Origin: an uncultured Candidatus Saccharibacteria bacterium
GTDB taxonomy: Bacteria > Patescibacteriota > Minisyncoccia > Minisyncoccales > RBG-13-42-11
Assembly: GCA_964630295.1 (NCBI GenBank)
Contig: CAZVTU010000001.1
Coordinates: 1-33,411 of the forward strand
DNA: 33,411 nucleotides
Direction: 5' to 3'
Below the pieces are notes generated by a model. That model ran no database searches and was not told the DNA's origin. It saw only the letters and a list, made by a program, of their open reading frames with translations. A program made the position numbers and the translations under genes. Positions 1 through 9,470 of the stretch are shown piece by piece. The number at the start of each line of letters is the position of its first letter. Within the stretch, counting starts at the first letter, position 1.

Positions 1-1
1 G

Positions 2-439
2 GCTACCGGTTCACACGCTGCCAATGATTTTAATAAAATTGCCGGCATTCCCACTATTTGTCTTTCAGACAACCCGGCTCTCCTAACTGCTTTGGTTAAT
101 GATGAAGGTTGGGATTCAGTTTTCAAAAGGCAGCTGGAGATGCATAATTTAAATAAAAAAGATTGTCTTTTTGTTTATTCTGTTGGCGGTGGTACAGAAA
201 CAGTTTCAAGGAATTTAGTTTTGGCGATAGATTATGCCAGAGAAAAAGGTTCAAAAATTGTAGGAGTGGTGGGTAAAGATACCGGAGCTACTGCTCAAAA
301 ATCAAATGCCTATGTCTTGGTTCCTGAGATTAATGAAAAAAGAAGAACAGCCCATACTGAAGACTTTCAAATGGTCCTCGATCATTTAATTGTTAATTTA
401 ATAGCTGAAATTATAAATGAAAAAAGCGATATTTCTTGA
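2..439 (+). CDS. gmhA: SIS-domain sugar-phosphate isomerase, GmhA-like (sedoheptulose-7-P isomerase family); 5' end cut by the window edge
   Basis: The frame is open from nt 2 (ATGSHAANDFNKIAGIPTICLSDNPALL...), so the TTG at 92 in the ORF track is probably not the true start. SIS-like pattern LTALVNDEGWDSVFKRQL...VYSVGGGTETVSRNLVLAIDYAREKGSKIVGVVG. It overlaps the downstream gmhB-like gene. Confidence 0.65.
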   Translation, partial: ATGSHAANDFNKIAGIPTICLSDNPALLTALVNDEGWDSVFKRQLEMHNLNKKDCLFVYSVGGGTETVSRNLVLAIDYAREKGSKIVGVVGKDTGATAQKSNAYVLVPEINEKRRTAHTEDFQMVLDHLIVNLIAEIINEKSDIS

Positions 440-1013
440 TAGAGACGGAGTAATAAATCGGGTTATTTTCAATAAAAAATACGGGAAATATAATGCTCCC
501 AGTTCTTTAAAAGAGTTTAGATTGCTGCCAGGCGTAGCTGAAATAATTAAAAAGTTTAAAGAAAATGGTTTCTTAGTGGTTATTGTTTCAAATCAGCCGG
601 ATGTTGCCAGAAAAAAATTTAGCATTGAGGAATTAAATAGAATAACAAAAATAATGAAAGAGAGATTGATTAAAAAAGGAGCTGTTTTAGATGGAGTTTA
701 TTATTGTCTCCATCATCCCGATCCAGAACAAGTAGTTCTGAAGAAATATTTAAAGAATTGCAACTGCCGAAAACCTAAACCAGGTTTACTCTTTAAAGCA
801 ATTAAGAAATTTAAGATTAGTCCTAGAATTTCTTGGATGGTGGGAGATGGTTTAAACGATATTAAAGCTGGTCAAACCGCAGGTTGCAAAACTATTTTGA
901 TTTTTAGTAAAAAGGTCGATTATAACAGCCCAATTCAGAGGGTAAATGTTAAACCTGACTATATTGTTAGAAGCCTTAAGGAAGCTTCAAAAATTATTCT
1001 AAAACAAAACTAA
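417..1013 (+). CDS. gmhB: D-glycero-D-manno-heptose 1,7-bisphosphate phosphatase (HAD, HisB-N/GmhB family)
   Basis: HAD motif I FLDRDGVIN, motif II VSNQPDVAR, Cys/His insertion CLHHP...CNCRKPKPG and GDGLNDIKAG, all typical of GmhB. Confidence 0.8.
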   Translation: MKKAIFLDRDGVINRVIFNKKYGKYNAPSSLKEFRLLPGVAEIIKKFKENGFLVVIVSNQPDVARKKFSIEELNRITKIMKERLIKKGAVLDGVYYCLHHPDPEQVVLKKYLKNCNCRKPKPGLLFKAIKKFKISPRISWMVGDGLNDIKAGQTAGCKTILIFSKKVDYNSPIQRVNVKPDYIVRSLKEASKIILKQN

Positions 1014-1014
1014 T

Positions 1015-1740
1015 ATGAAAATATTTATTGATTCAGCTGATTTAGATGAGATCAAAAAATATCTTTCCTGGGGACTTTGTGATGGGGTGACGACTAATCC
1101 AACAATTTGTTTAAAATGTGGAGTCAAAGGGGGAGTGCCAGCAATAAAAGAAAGAACAGTGGAAATTGCCAAATTGATTTATCCTCGACCCGTAAGTGTA
1201 GAGGTTACTTCAGATAAATTAGAAGAAGTAATTGCACAGGCAAGAGAATACAGCAAGTGGGCAGAAAATATTGTTGTTAAAGTGACTATTACTGATAGGG
1301 AAGGAAACTCTCTTTTGCTAGCCGTTCATCAGTTAGCTAAAGAAGGGGTATCGATAAATGTTACGGCTATGACCACCTTTAACCAGGCAATTTTAGCTGC
1401 CAGGGCGTTAAAATCTGCTTATGAACAAGCCAGTCAGAAACCGAAATTTTCTTTTGTGAGTATATTTGCTGGACGAATTTCTGAAGAACATGGTGTTGAA
1501 CAGGCAGCAAAGGTTCTAAAAGACGTAAGAGGATGGTTAGATTTCCACGGATATCAAGGAATAGAGTTGATAGTGGGTTCAGTTAGAAGTCCTGAAAATG
1601 TGGAGCTATGGTCAAGAAGTAGGGCTCATATTCTGACTATTCCTCCAGATGTTATGACAAAATGTTTATCTTCAGCTAGAACCAAAGAAACAGTCCTACA
1701 GTTTATTACTGATGCTCAGGAAAATTTAGAAGAAATTTAA
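1015..1740 (+). CDS. Transaldolase / fructose-6-phosphate aldolase family protein (short Tal/FSA type)
   Basis: N-terminus MKIFIDSADLDEIKKY...DGVTTNPT. Candidate Schiff-base lysine context IVVKVTIT. Short-form length (241 aa). Confidence 0.8.
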   Translation: MKIFIDSADLDEIKKYLSWGLCDGVTTNPTICLKCGVKGGVPAIKERTVEIAKLIYPRPVSVEVTSDKLEEVIAQAREYSKWAENIVVKVTITDREGNSLLLAVHQLAKEGVSINVTAMTTFNQAILAARALKSAYEQASQKPKFSFVSIFAGRISEEHGVEQAAKVLKDVRGWLDFHGYQGIELIVGSVRSPENVELWSRSRAHILTIPPDVMTKCLSSARTKETVLQFITDAQENLEEI

Positions 1741-1746
1741 ATAAAG

Positions 1747-3060
1747 ATGGGAAAGTTTATAAAAGACACTTCCCACACCTTTATTACTCAAATAATAGCT
1801 TTTGCTTTAGGGGTGGGAGCAATGATTATAATAGCCAGAGTGCTCGGCCCGGAGAAGAACGGAATTTACACGCTTTGTATATTGGTGGCAACTTTAGTTG
1901 TTAATTTCGGAAATTTAGGAATTGATTCTGCTACTATTTATAATATTGGGAAGAAAAGATATGATTTCAAAGAAATTTTCAGAAATAATTTTATTTTGGT
2001 ATCTTTTATCAGTATTTTAGCTGTTTTGGTAGGGTTAGCGTTAGTTATTATTTTTCATGACATATTTCTCGAGGAAGTCCCTTATTATTATTTATTTTTA
2101 GCTCTTTTATTAATTCCCGTAACCTTAATTATGGATTATTTAGGAAATGTTTTACGGGGTCTGCAAGAGATCATAAAATTTAATTTGGCTTTTTTAGGAA
2201 ATCGCCTGTTTCTTTTTCTATTAGTTTTAATGGCATTATTTTTATTTCGTCTGGAAGTAATCGGTGCTTTGACTGCTCATATTTTTGCTGGTATCTTTAT
2301 TGCTATTTTGATTTATAGATATCTTAAAAAAATAAAAGGGAAATTATTCGAAAAATACAGAATTACTAGAGATTATGTAAAAGAAACTTTTTCTTACGGA
2401 TTAAAAAATCATATTGCCAATATTTTAGGTTTTTTAAATTACCGGGTAGATATACTTTTGATAAATATGTTTTTAAATCCATTAGCTGTAGGTTATTACG
2501 CGGTGTCTGTTGGTATTGTTGAGCGGCTCTGGATGATATCAAATTCTGCCTGCACAGCTTTGTTCCCTAGGGTTTGTTCTGAAGAAGACGAAAAAAGTCT
2601 TAAAGAATTTACACCTGTTGTTAGTCGTAATGTTTTTCTAATAACTGCAATAGGGGCGGTCATTCTTTATTTTCTAAGCCATTGGTTAGTTATAATATTT
2701 TTTTCCGAAGTCTATCTTAATAGTATTCGTCCTCTCCAAATATTGCTTCCGGGCATTGTTGCCTTAAGTACAGCTCGTATATTTGGTAATGATTTAGCCG
2801 GAAGAGGAAAACCAATACTTAATGTTTACATAGGAACAGCGGTGGTGTTTATAAATATTATTTTGAATATTATATTAATTCCGAAATGGGGAATTTCCGG
2901 CGCTGCTTTAGCCTCAACTGTAGCCTATATTACTTCCTTGATAGGTTCTTCAATAATTTATAGTAGAATTTCTGGCAACTCAATACTTAAGTGTATTTTT
3001 ATCCAAAGGTCTGACTTTAAATTTTATAAAGATTTCTATCAAATATTAAAAAGTAAATAA
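1747..3060 (+). CDS. Oligosaccharide/polysaccharide flippase (Wzx/MOP superfamily)
   Basis: 437 aa, hydrophobic throughout with many predicted TM segments. Located inside a glycan cluster. Polysaccharide-biosynthesis-protein-like C-terminal half. Confidence 0.7.
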   Translation: MGKFIKDTSHTFITQIIAFALGVGAMIIIARVLGPEKNGIYTLCILVATLVVNFGNLGIDSATIYNIGKKRYDFKEIFRNNFILVSFISILAVLVGLALVIIFHDIFLEEVPYYYLFLALLLIPVTLIMDYLGNVLRGLQEIIKFNLAFLGNRLFLFLLVLMALFLFRLEVIGALTAHIFAGIFIAILIYRYLKKIKGKLFEKYRITRDYVKETFSYGLKNHIANILGFLNYRVDILLINMFLNPLAVGYYAVSVGIVERLWMISNSACTALFPRVCSEEDEKSLKEFTPVVSRNVFLITAIGAVILYFLSHWLVIIFFSEVYLNSIRPLQILLPGIVALSTARIFGNDLAGRGKPILNVYIGTAVVFINIILNIILIPKWGISGAALASTVAYITSLIGSSIIYSRISGNSILKCIFIQRSDFKFYKDFYQILKSK

Positions 3061-3064
3061 AAAC

Positions 3065-4171
3065 ATGAAAAGAAATTACCAAGTTTGTACAAGATGTATT
3101 ATGGACACTTCTGATCCTGAGATTACTTTTGATGAAAAAGGAGTTTGTAATTACTGTAAGATGTATGAAGAGAGAGCAAAGAACGAATTAAAGAGTCCCG
3201 AAGAATTGAAGGAACTGATTAAAAAGATAAAGAAAGCAGGTGGAAAATGTTTGATTGGAGTATCAGGCGGTACCGACAGTTCGATGGCAGCTTATTTATT
3301 AAAAAAGCACGGCTTAACACCTTTAGCTGTAAGTTTTGATAATGGTTGGGATACTGATATAGCCAAAGAAAATGTTAGAAATCTGGTCAAGAAATTAAAC
3401 TTAGAATTAATTGAATATAAAGTAGACCCTGAAGAATTTAAAGATTTACAAGTTGCTTTTTTGAAAGCATCTATTTCTAACGCTGAGATACCAACCGATC
3501 ATGCCATTTTAGCTTTTCTATATCAATTAGCTTCTGAAAGAGGAATAAAATACATTATTCATGGAGGGAATATTGTTACTGAAGCCATAATGCCAAAAAG
3601 CTGGGGCTACGATTCCAAAGATTTGAAACACCTTAGAGCTATTCACAAGAAATTCGGTAAAGTTAAATTGAAAAATTTTCCTCAAATGAGTCTTTGGCAT
3701 TGGTTATATTACACATTCATTAAGGGAATAAAATATATTCCTATTTTAAATTATATCTCTTATAACCGAGAAGAGGCTAAAGAAATCCTTAAGAGAGAAT
3801 TAGGTTGGCAGGACTACGGTGGAAAGCACGCAGAGTCCATCTATACAAGATTTTTCCAATATTATATTCTGCCCAGAAAATTTAAAATTGATAAAAGAAA
3901 AGCCCATTTGTCTACCCTTATTAATTCTGGCCAAATAACTAGGGAAGAGGCTTTAGAGGAAGTAAAAAAAGAACCCTATTCTGACAAAAATATGATGGAA
4001 AACGATAAAACATTAGTATTAGAGAAGCTCGGGCTTTCTGAAGAAGAATTTGAAAGGATAATGCGATTACCTATTAGAAGCTATAAGGATTTTCCTAATA
4101 ATAGTTTCTTTTTCCAAAAAGATAATTTCCTTATAAAAATGGTTAAGAGAATAATCACTAATAGTAATTAA
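3065..4171 (+). CDS. N-acetyl sugar amidotransferase (PP-loop ATP pyrophosphatase, WbpG/PseA-like)
   Basis: N-terminal Cys cluster CTRC...CNYC followed by PP-loop SGGTDSS. The overall pattern matches the LPS/glycan N-acetyl sugar amidotransferase family. Confidence 0.75.
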   Translation: MKRNYQVCTRCIMDTSDPEITFDEKGVCNYCKMYEERAKNELKSPEELKELIKKIKKAGGKCLIGVSGGTDSSMAAYLLKKHGLTPLAVSFDNGWDTDIAKENVRNLVKKLNLELIEYKVDPEEFKDLQVAFLKASISNAEIPTDHAILAFLYQLASERGIKYIIHGGNIVTEAIMPKSWGYDSKDLKHLRAIHKKFGKVKLKNFPQMSLWHWLYYTFIKGIKYIPILNYISYNREEAKEILKRELGWQDYGGKHAESIYTRFFQYYILPRKFKIDKRKAHLSTLINSGQITREEALEEVKKEPYSDKNMMENDKTLVLEKLGLSEEEFERIMRLPIRSYKDFPNNSFFFQKDNFLIKMVKRIITNSN

Positions 4172-4173
4172 AA

Positions 4174-5322
4174 GTGAAAGAGTTTAAGAAAATAAATATT
4201 CATATCTATCCATCAAATATCAGGCATGAAAGTCGTATTTTAAAAGAAACTAAAAGTATTGGTGATTCTGGCTTAGTAGATAAAATTTTTATTATTGGGA
4301 TGGGAGGGAAAGATTTTAAAGAATTTGAACACTTAGACAAAAAAAGAACAGTATGGTTAATTCCTTTTAAAATCGGAGGATTGCCTGATTATGGTTTTTG
4401 GCGAATTTTTAAGTACCTCGAGTGGATGTCAAAAATTCTTATTGGTTTAAGAAAAGAAAAGATTAGTTTGGTTACCTGCCATTCTCTGCCGGTTTTACCT
4501 TTGGGGATACTGTTTAAAATATTTAAAAAGTCAAAAGTAGTTTATGACGCTCACGAATTAGAAACTGAAGGAGCAGGTGTGTCAAAAATAAGAAAAATAC
4601 CATCAAAAATAATTGAGAGAATTTTAATAAATTATGTAGATAGTATTATTGTGGTGAGTGATTCAATAGCTGAGTGGTATAAAAATAAATACAATTTAAA
4701 GAAAGTTTATGTTGTTAAAAATTTCCCCCGCCGACAAAAAATTAAACAGAATAATATTTTAAAGAGAAAATTTAATATTAAAGAAGACGAAATACTATTT
4801 ATAAATCAAGGAGTTTTAGGTGAAGGAAGGGGAACTGAAATTTTATTAAGCGTTTTTTCAAAACTTAATCCTAAAAAACACATTGTTTTTATGGGTTATG
4901 GGGGGTTGGAAAATGAAATTAAAGAATATGAAAAAAAGTTTTCCAACATCCATTTTTCCCCAGCAGTAAAACCAGAAGAAGTCATAGATTATACAGCCGG
5001 TACCGATGTTGGAGTACATCTGGCAGAAAATATTTGTTTAAGCTATTTTTATTCTTTGCCAAATAAAATTTTTGAATATATTTTAAGTGGAATACCGATT
5101 ATTGTTAGTAATTTTCCGGAAATGGCAAAGATTGTAGATGAAAACAATTGTGGCTGGAAAGTTTCTGTTGATAAAAAATCATTAAGGCAATTGGTAGAAA
5201 AAATTTCTAAAGAAGACATCGAGAAAAAGAAAAAAAATACTTTAAATTGCCGGGATAAATTTATCTGGGAAGAAGAAGGTAAAAAATTAGTAAAGATTTA
5301 TGAGAAACTACTCAGAGACTAA
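4174..5322 (+). CDS. Glycosyltransferase, GT-B fold (GT4-like)
   Basis: GTG start. 382 aa. C-terminal half has a GT1/GT4-like pattern (LPNKIFEYILSGIPIIVSNFPEM). Glycan cluster context. Confidence 0.7.
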   Translation: MKEFKKINIHIYPSNIRHESRILKETKSIGDSGLVDKIFIIGMGGKDFKEFEHLDKKRTVWLIPFKIGGLPDYGFWRIFKYLEWMSKILIGLRKEKISLVTCHSLPVLPLGILFKIFKKSKVVYDAHELETEGAGVSKIRKIPSKIIERILINYVDSIIVVSDSIAEWYKNKYNLKKVYVVKNFPRRQKIKQNNILKRKFNIKEDEILFINQGVLGEGRGTEILLSVFSKLNPKKHIVFMGYGGLENEIKEYEKKFSNIHFSPAVKPEEVIDYTAGTDVGVHLAENICLSYFYSLPNKIFEYILSGIPIIVSNFPEMAKIVDENNCGWKVSVDKKSLRQLVEKISKEDIEKKKKNTLNCRDKFIWEEEGKKLVKIYEKLLRD

Positions 5323-6268
5323 TTTGCCTTATATTTCAATATTAATACCCTGTCGGAATGAAGAGAGATATATTGGAAAATGTCTTGAGTCTATAATTTC
5401 TAACAACTATCCAAAAGATAAAATTGAGATTTTGGTTGTTGATGGAATGAGCAAAGATAGGACAAGAGATATTATTAAAAAATTCCAAATTACAAATCCC
5501 AAATCCCAAATTCAATTATTTGATAATCCGAGGAAATTTACCCCATTTGCTTTTAATATTGGAACTAAGAAAGCAAGAGGTGAAGTTATAATGCTAATGG
5601 GAGCCCACGCCATTTACGAAAAAGATTATGTTTCAAAATGCGTTAAATACCTTGAAGAATACAATGCTGATAATGTTGGCGGGGTGATGAAAGTGTTGCC
5701 GAGTAAAAATACTCTTTGTGCAAAAGCTATTGCTATTTCTCTTTCCCATTCTTTTGGAGCCGGCGGTTCTCATTTTAGAATTGGTATAAAAGAACCGAGA
5801 GAAGTAGATACTGTTTTTGGTGGCTGTTATAAAAGAGAGGTTTTTGAGAAAATTGGATTGTTTAATGAAAAATTAAAGAGAAGTCAGGATATGGAATTTA
5901 ATCTAAGACTGAAAAGAGCCGGTGGAAAAATTCTTTTAGCACCGGACATTATTTCTTACTATTATCCCAAAGATAATTTAAGAGATTTTTTCAAGCATAA
6001 TTTTAGAGATGGCGTTTGGGCGATTTTGCCCCTCAAATTTGTTAAATTACCCTTCAAATTAAGGCATTATATTCCTTTAATTTTTGTTTTGACTTTGCCT
6101 TTGAGTATTTGGTTTTATTTTTTATTTTCTTTATTTTTCTCTGTTCAAATTGCCTTTCAAGAAAAAAATTTCAAATTATTCTTTCTAATGCCAATTGCTT
6201 TTTTCTGCCGTCACTTCGGCTATGGTTTTGGTTCTTTATGGGGATTAGTAAAAATTTTTTCAAAATGA
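5300..6268 (+). CDS. Glycosyltransferase family 2 with C-terminal membrane segments
   Basis: PYISILIPCRNEERYI, VVDGMSKDRT and RSQDMEFNLRL motifs typical of GT2. Hydrophobic C-terminus. Confidence 0.85.
   Translation: MRNYSETNLPYISILIPCRNEERYIGKCLESIISNNYPKDKIEILVVDGMSKDRTRDIIKKFQITNPKSQIQLFDNPRKFTPFAFNIGTKKARGEVIMLMGAHAIYEKDYVSKCVKYLEEYNADNVGGVMKVLPSKNTLCAKAIAISLSHSFGAGGSHFRIGIKEPREVDTVFGGCYKREVFEKIGLFNEKLKRSQDMEFNLRLKRAGGKILLAPDIISYYYPKDNLRDFFKHNFRDGVWAILPLKFVKLPFKLRHYIPLIFVLTLPLSIWFYFLFSLFFSVQIAFQEKNFKLFFLMPIAFFCRHFGYGFGSLWGLVKIFSK
5480..5514 (+). repeat. Heptanucleotide tandem repeat, 5 units (AAATTCC AAATTAC AAATCCC AAATCCC AAATTCA), inside the GT2 CDS
   Basis: Read directly from the sequence. 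Encodes KFQITNPKSQIQ. Shares the 12-mer CAAATCCCAAAT with 12646-12657. Confidence 0.8.
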
Positions 6269-7053
6269 TTGAAGAAAGAAAACAAAAAGAAATAGAATAC
6301 TACGATAAAAAAGCCGAAGAGTGGTTAAAAGAATATTCAGAAAAAGAATGGCAGACTGATTTCGAGGGTTTTAAGCCAACTCTTCTTTCTTGTTATAATT
6401 TTACTTACAAAATTTTAGAGAAATACGTTAAAAACAAAGAAGTTTTAGATTATGGTTGTGGAAATGGGGTCCATTCTATTTTTTTAATAAGGGCAGGAGC
6501 TAAGAAAGTTGTGGGAATTGATTTATCAGAGAAATCTTTAGAAATTGCCAGAGAAAGAATAAAAAGAGAAGGACTGGAGGGGAAAGTAGAGTTTTTAAAA
6601 ATGGATTGTGAAAAAATGGATTTCCCGGCAAATTATTTTGATATTATTTTTGATGGCGGCACTTTTTCTTCTTTAGATTTAAAAAAAGCTTATCCTGAAA
6701 TAGTCAGAGTTTTAAAACCAAATGGTTCTCTTTTAGGTATCGAGACCTTCGGTCACAATCCATTTACCAACCTTAAAAGGAAAATTAATAAATTAACCGG
6801 AAAAAGGACAAATTGGGCAGTGAGTCATATTTTTCGGATGAAATATTTAAAGGAAGCTGAAAAATATTTTAATAAAATCGAAACTAAATATTTTCATTTA
6901 ATTTCTTGGTTTGCTTTCCCATTTTTAAATCTTCCCGGAGGTAAAATGTTATTAAAAATATTAGAAAAGATAGACGAAATTCTATTTAAAATCCCTCCTT
7001 TAAAGAAATACGCTTTTAAGGTAGTATTTATTTTTTCAGAACCAAAGAAATAG
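6265..7053 (+). CDS. Class I SAM-dependent methyltransferase
   Basis: Motif I LDYGCGNGVHSIFL and VLKPNGSL. The start was moved to the ATG at 6265 (an ATGA overlap with the GT2 stop), because the 52-aa N-terminal extension in the ORF track merely overlaps the GT2 C-terminus. Confidence 0.8.
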   Translation: MIEERKQKEIEYYDKKAEEWLKEYSEKEWQTDFEGFKPTLLSCYNFTYKILEKYVKNKEVLDYGCGNGVHSIFLIRAGAKKVVGIDLSEKSLEIARERIKREGLEGKVEFLKMDCEKMDFPANYFDIIFDGGTFSSLDLKKAYPEIVRVLKPNGSLLGIETFGHNPFTNLKRKINKLTGKRTNWAVSHIFRMKYLKEAEKYFNKIETKYFHLISWFAFPFLNLPGGKMLLKILEKIDEILFKIPPLKKYAFKVVFIFSEPKK

Positions 7054-7054
7054 T

Positions 7055-7648
7055 ATGCTGAAAAGATTATTTGATATTATTTTTTCTTCCCTTGGGTTGG
7101 TTTTAATTTCACCCTTATTTTTGCTTATCGCTTTTCTAATAAAAAAAGAATCATCAGGTCCCGTTTTTTATCGCGGAAAAAGAGTAGGAAAGAGTGGTAA
7201 AGTTTTTAGAATTTATAAATTTAGAACCATGGTTCCTAATGCTGAGATTTTAGGTGGACCTTCTACTTCAGCTGATGATCCAAGATTATTGAAAATAGGA
7301 AAATTTCTAAGAAAGCATAATTTAGATGAATTACCCCAATTAATAAACATTTTAAAGGGAGAAATGAGTTTTGTTGGACCGAGACCGGAAGTTCCTTCAG
7401 AGGTAGAAACATATCCTACAAAAATTAGAAAAATAATCTTAAGCGTAAAACCAGGAATGACCGATTTAGCAACCTTAGAAGATCTTCATGAGGAAGAAAT
7501 TCTCCGAGGTGCTTCCGATCCCCACCAAGCTTATCGAGAATTGATTAAACCTAAAAAACTAAAGTTAGCAGTAGAATACGTAAAGAATCGTTCTTTTTGG
7601 TTGGATATCAAAATAATTTTAAAAACTTTAAAATCGGCTCTTATTTAA
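7055..7648 (+). CDS. Small monotopic phosphoglycosyl (sugar) transferase, PglC/WbaP-C-terminal type
   Basis: MLKRLFDIIFS...PVFYRGKRVGKSGKVFRIYKFRTM...DELPQLINILKGEMSFVGPRP, the bacterial sugar transferase signature. Confidence 0.9.
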   Translation: MLKRLFDIIFSSLGLVLISPLFLLIAFLIKKESSGPVFYRGKRVGKSGKVFRIYKFRTMVPNAEILGGPSTSADDPRLLKIGKFLRKHNLDELPQLINILKGEMSFVGPRPEVPSEVETYPTKIRKIILSVKPGMTDLATLEDLHEEEILRGASDPHQAYRELIKPKKLKLAVEYVKNRSFWLDIKIILKTLKSALI

Positions 7649-7675
7649 TGATTTTCAGAAACAACTTCTCTATTT

Positions 7676-7702
7676 CCCGCGGTGTGCCGCGGGTTGATTT
7701 TT
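7676..7702 (+). terminator. Rho-independent terminator
   Basis: Stem CCCGCGG, loop TGTG, stem CCGCGGG, followed by TTGATTTTT. GC-rich stem in an AT-rich context. Confidence 0.8.
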
Positions 7703-7722
7703 ATTGGAATTATCAGTAAAAT
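7694..7722 (+). promoter_or_regulatory. Candidate sigma70-type promoter for the transketolase..ligase unit
   Basis: TTGATT, 17-nt spacer, TAAAAT. The -10 box ends 11 nt before the ATG at 7734, so the leader would be very short or absent. Confidence 0.45.
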
Positions 7723-7733
7723 AAAGAATACTT

Positions 7734-8555
7734 ATGAATGAAAACGAAGAGATTTATAAGCTCGAAGGATTAGCTAAGAAAATTCGGAAAGACATCCTAG
7801 AACTGATTTACCAAACGAAAAGTCCCCATATTGGCTCTTGCTTTTCAATGGTAGAATTGTTAGTAGCTTTATATTTTAAGATTTTACGAATTAATCCAAA
7901 AAACCCTCAAGATCCAAACCGAGATAGATTTTTATTAAGCAAAGGTCATGGGGTGCCAGCTCTTTACCCAGTTTTGGCTGAGAGAGGATTTATTAAAAAA
8001 GAAACTTTAGAAGGATTTGCCAGGGATGGGGGAACTTTAGAACAACATCCTACCAGAAATGTTTCTCAAGGAATTGAAATTTCCAGCGGTTCTTTGGGAC
8101 ATGGATTGGCATTAGGATGTGGAATGGCTTTAGCTGGAAAATACGACAAAAAGGATTATAGAGTTTTTGTTTATTTATCAGACGGAGAAATGGAGGAAGG
8201 ATCAACTTGGGAAAGTATTCTTTTTGCTAGTCATCATCAATTAGATAATTTAGTGGCAATTGTTGATAAGAATAAGTTTCAAGCCTTAGGTAAAACCTCA
8301 GAAATTTTAAATACTGACCCCTTGCCTAGAAAATGGCAATCTTTTGGTTGGGAAGTAAAAGAAATCGATGGTCATAATTTAAAAGAAATTATTTTTACTT
8401 TAGAAAAAATTCCTTTTCAATTAGAAAAACCAAGTTGTCTTATTGCTCAGACTATAAAAGGTAGAGGAGTATCATTTATGGAAAATAATGGAGAATGGCA
8501 TGATAAATACCCTAACGAAGAAGAGTATGAAGAGGCTTTAAAAGAATTAAAATGA
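7734..8555 (+). CDS. Transketolase, N-terminal (TPP-binding) subunit
   Basis: HIGSCFS, LSKGHG and SDGEMEEGSTWE motifs. 273 aa split form with an ATGA overlap to the next gene. Confidence 0.9.
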   Translation: MNENEEIYKLEGLAKKIRKDILELIYQTKSPHIGSCFSMVELLVALYFKILRINPKNPQDPNRDRFLLSKGHGVPALYPVLAERGFIKKETLEGFARDGGTLEQHPTRNVSQGIEISSGSLGHGLALGCGMALAGKYDKKDYRVFVYLSDGEMEEGSTWESILFASHHQLDNLVAIVDKNKFQALGKTSEILNTDPLPRKWQSFGWEVKEIDGHNLKEIIFTLEKIPFQLEKPSCLIAQTIKGRGVSFMENNGEWHDKYPNEEEYEEALKELK

Positions 8556-9466
8556 GAAAAGCATTTTTCCAAAAATTAGAAAAGATTGCTAAAGAAAATA
8601 AAGATATCTTTTTACTGGTAGGGGATTTGGGAAGAAAATTTTTTCAAAATTTCAAAGGGCTCGATCCTAAAAGATTTATCAATACGGGAGTAGCTGAAGC
8701 TAATATGATAGGAGTAGCAGCTGGTCTTTCGATGTCAGGAAAGAATGTTTATTGTTATTCAATTATCCCCTTTCTTTTAATGAGAACTTTTGAACAAATT
8801 CGGATTGATGTTTGCTACAATAAATTGAATGTAAAATTATTGGGAGCAGGCAGTGGATTTACTTATGGTCTGGAAGGAATTACTCATCATGCAATAGAAG
8901 ACATTGCTATCCTCCGCGTTTTACCCTATATGACGATAGTGGCTCCCGGAGACGCCAGAGAAGCTGAAGCTTTAGCTGAAGCCTCCTTTAATTATCAAAG
9001 TCCGCTTTATATTAGATTCGGTAGAGACAGAGAATCAGTTGTTCATGAAAAAGAAATAAAGTTTGAAATCGGAAAGGGGATTTTTGTAAACGAAGGAAAA
9101 GATATTTGTTTGTTAGCCACAGGGACGATGCTTCAGACCGGGAAAATAGTTTTAAAAAACTTAATTAGCCGAGGTTTAAACCCAACTCTTATCAGTCTTC
9201 ATACTATTAAACCCTTAGATGAAAATTTAATTAGAAATTGTAGTCAAAATTATAAGTCCATTTTTACTTTAGAAGAACATAGTATTATTGGGGGATTGGG
9301 GTCAGCAGTAGCCGAAATTTTAGCAGAAAATAATTTTTCAGGAAAATTTAAAAGAATTGGCATAAAAGACGTCTACTCTCCCTACATAGGAGGGCCGGAG
9401 TATCTATTAAAAAAACTCGGGCTTGATCCAGAAAGTATTACTAATTTCATCTTAAAAGAAATTTAA
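8552..9466 (+). CDS. Transketolase, C-terminal (pyrimidine-binding) subunit
   Basis: GVAEANMIGVAAGLS, THHAIEDIAILR and EEHSIIGGLGSAV motifs. Confidence 0.9.
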   Translation: MRKAFFQKLEKIAKENKDIFLLVGDLGRKFFQNFKGLDPKRFINTGVAEANMIGVAAGLSMSGKNVYCYSIIPFLLMRTFEQIRIDVCYNKLNVKLLGAGSGFTYGLEGITHHAIEDIAILRVLPYMTIVAPGDAREAEALAEASFNYQSPLYIRFGRDRESVVHEKEIKFEIGKGIFVNEGKDICLLATGTMLQTGKIVLKNLISRGLNPTLISLHTIKPLDENLIRNCSQNYKSIFTLEEHSIIGGLGSAVAEILAENNFSGKFKRIGIKDVYSPYIGGPEYLLKKLGLDPESITNFILKEI

Positions 9467-9470
9467 AAAT

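Noticed and set aside
92-94. The TTG start proposed for the first ORF.
   Set aside because: The frame is open back to nt 2 and the upstream residues continue a SIS-domain-like sequence. The gene is truncated by the window edge.
6109-6264. The 52-aa N-terminal extension of the methyltransferase ORF in the track.
   Set aside because: It overlaps the hydrophobic C-terminus of the GT2 gene in another frame. The internal ATG at 6265 forms an ATGA junction with the GT2 stop and begins a sensible soluble N-terminus (MIEERKQKEIEYY).
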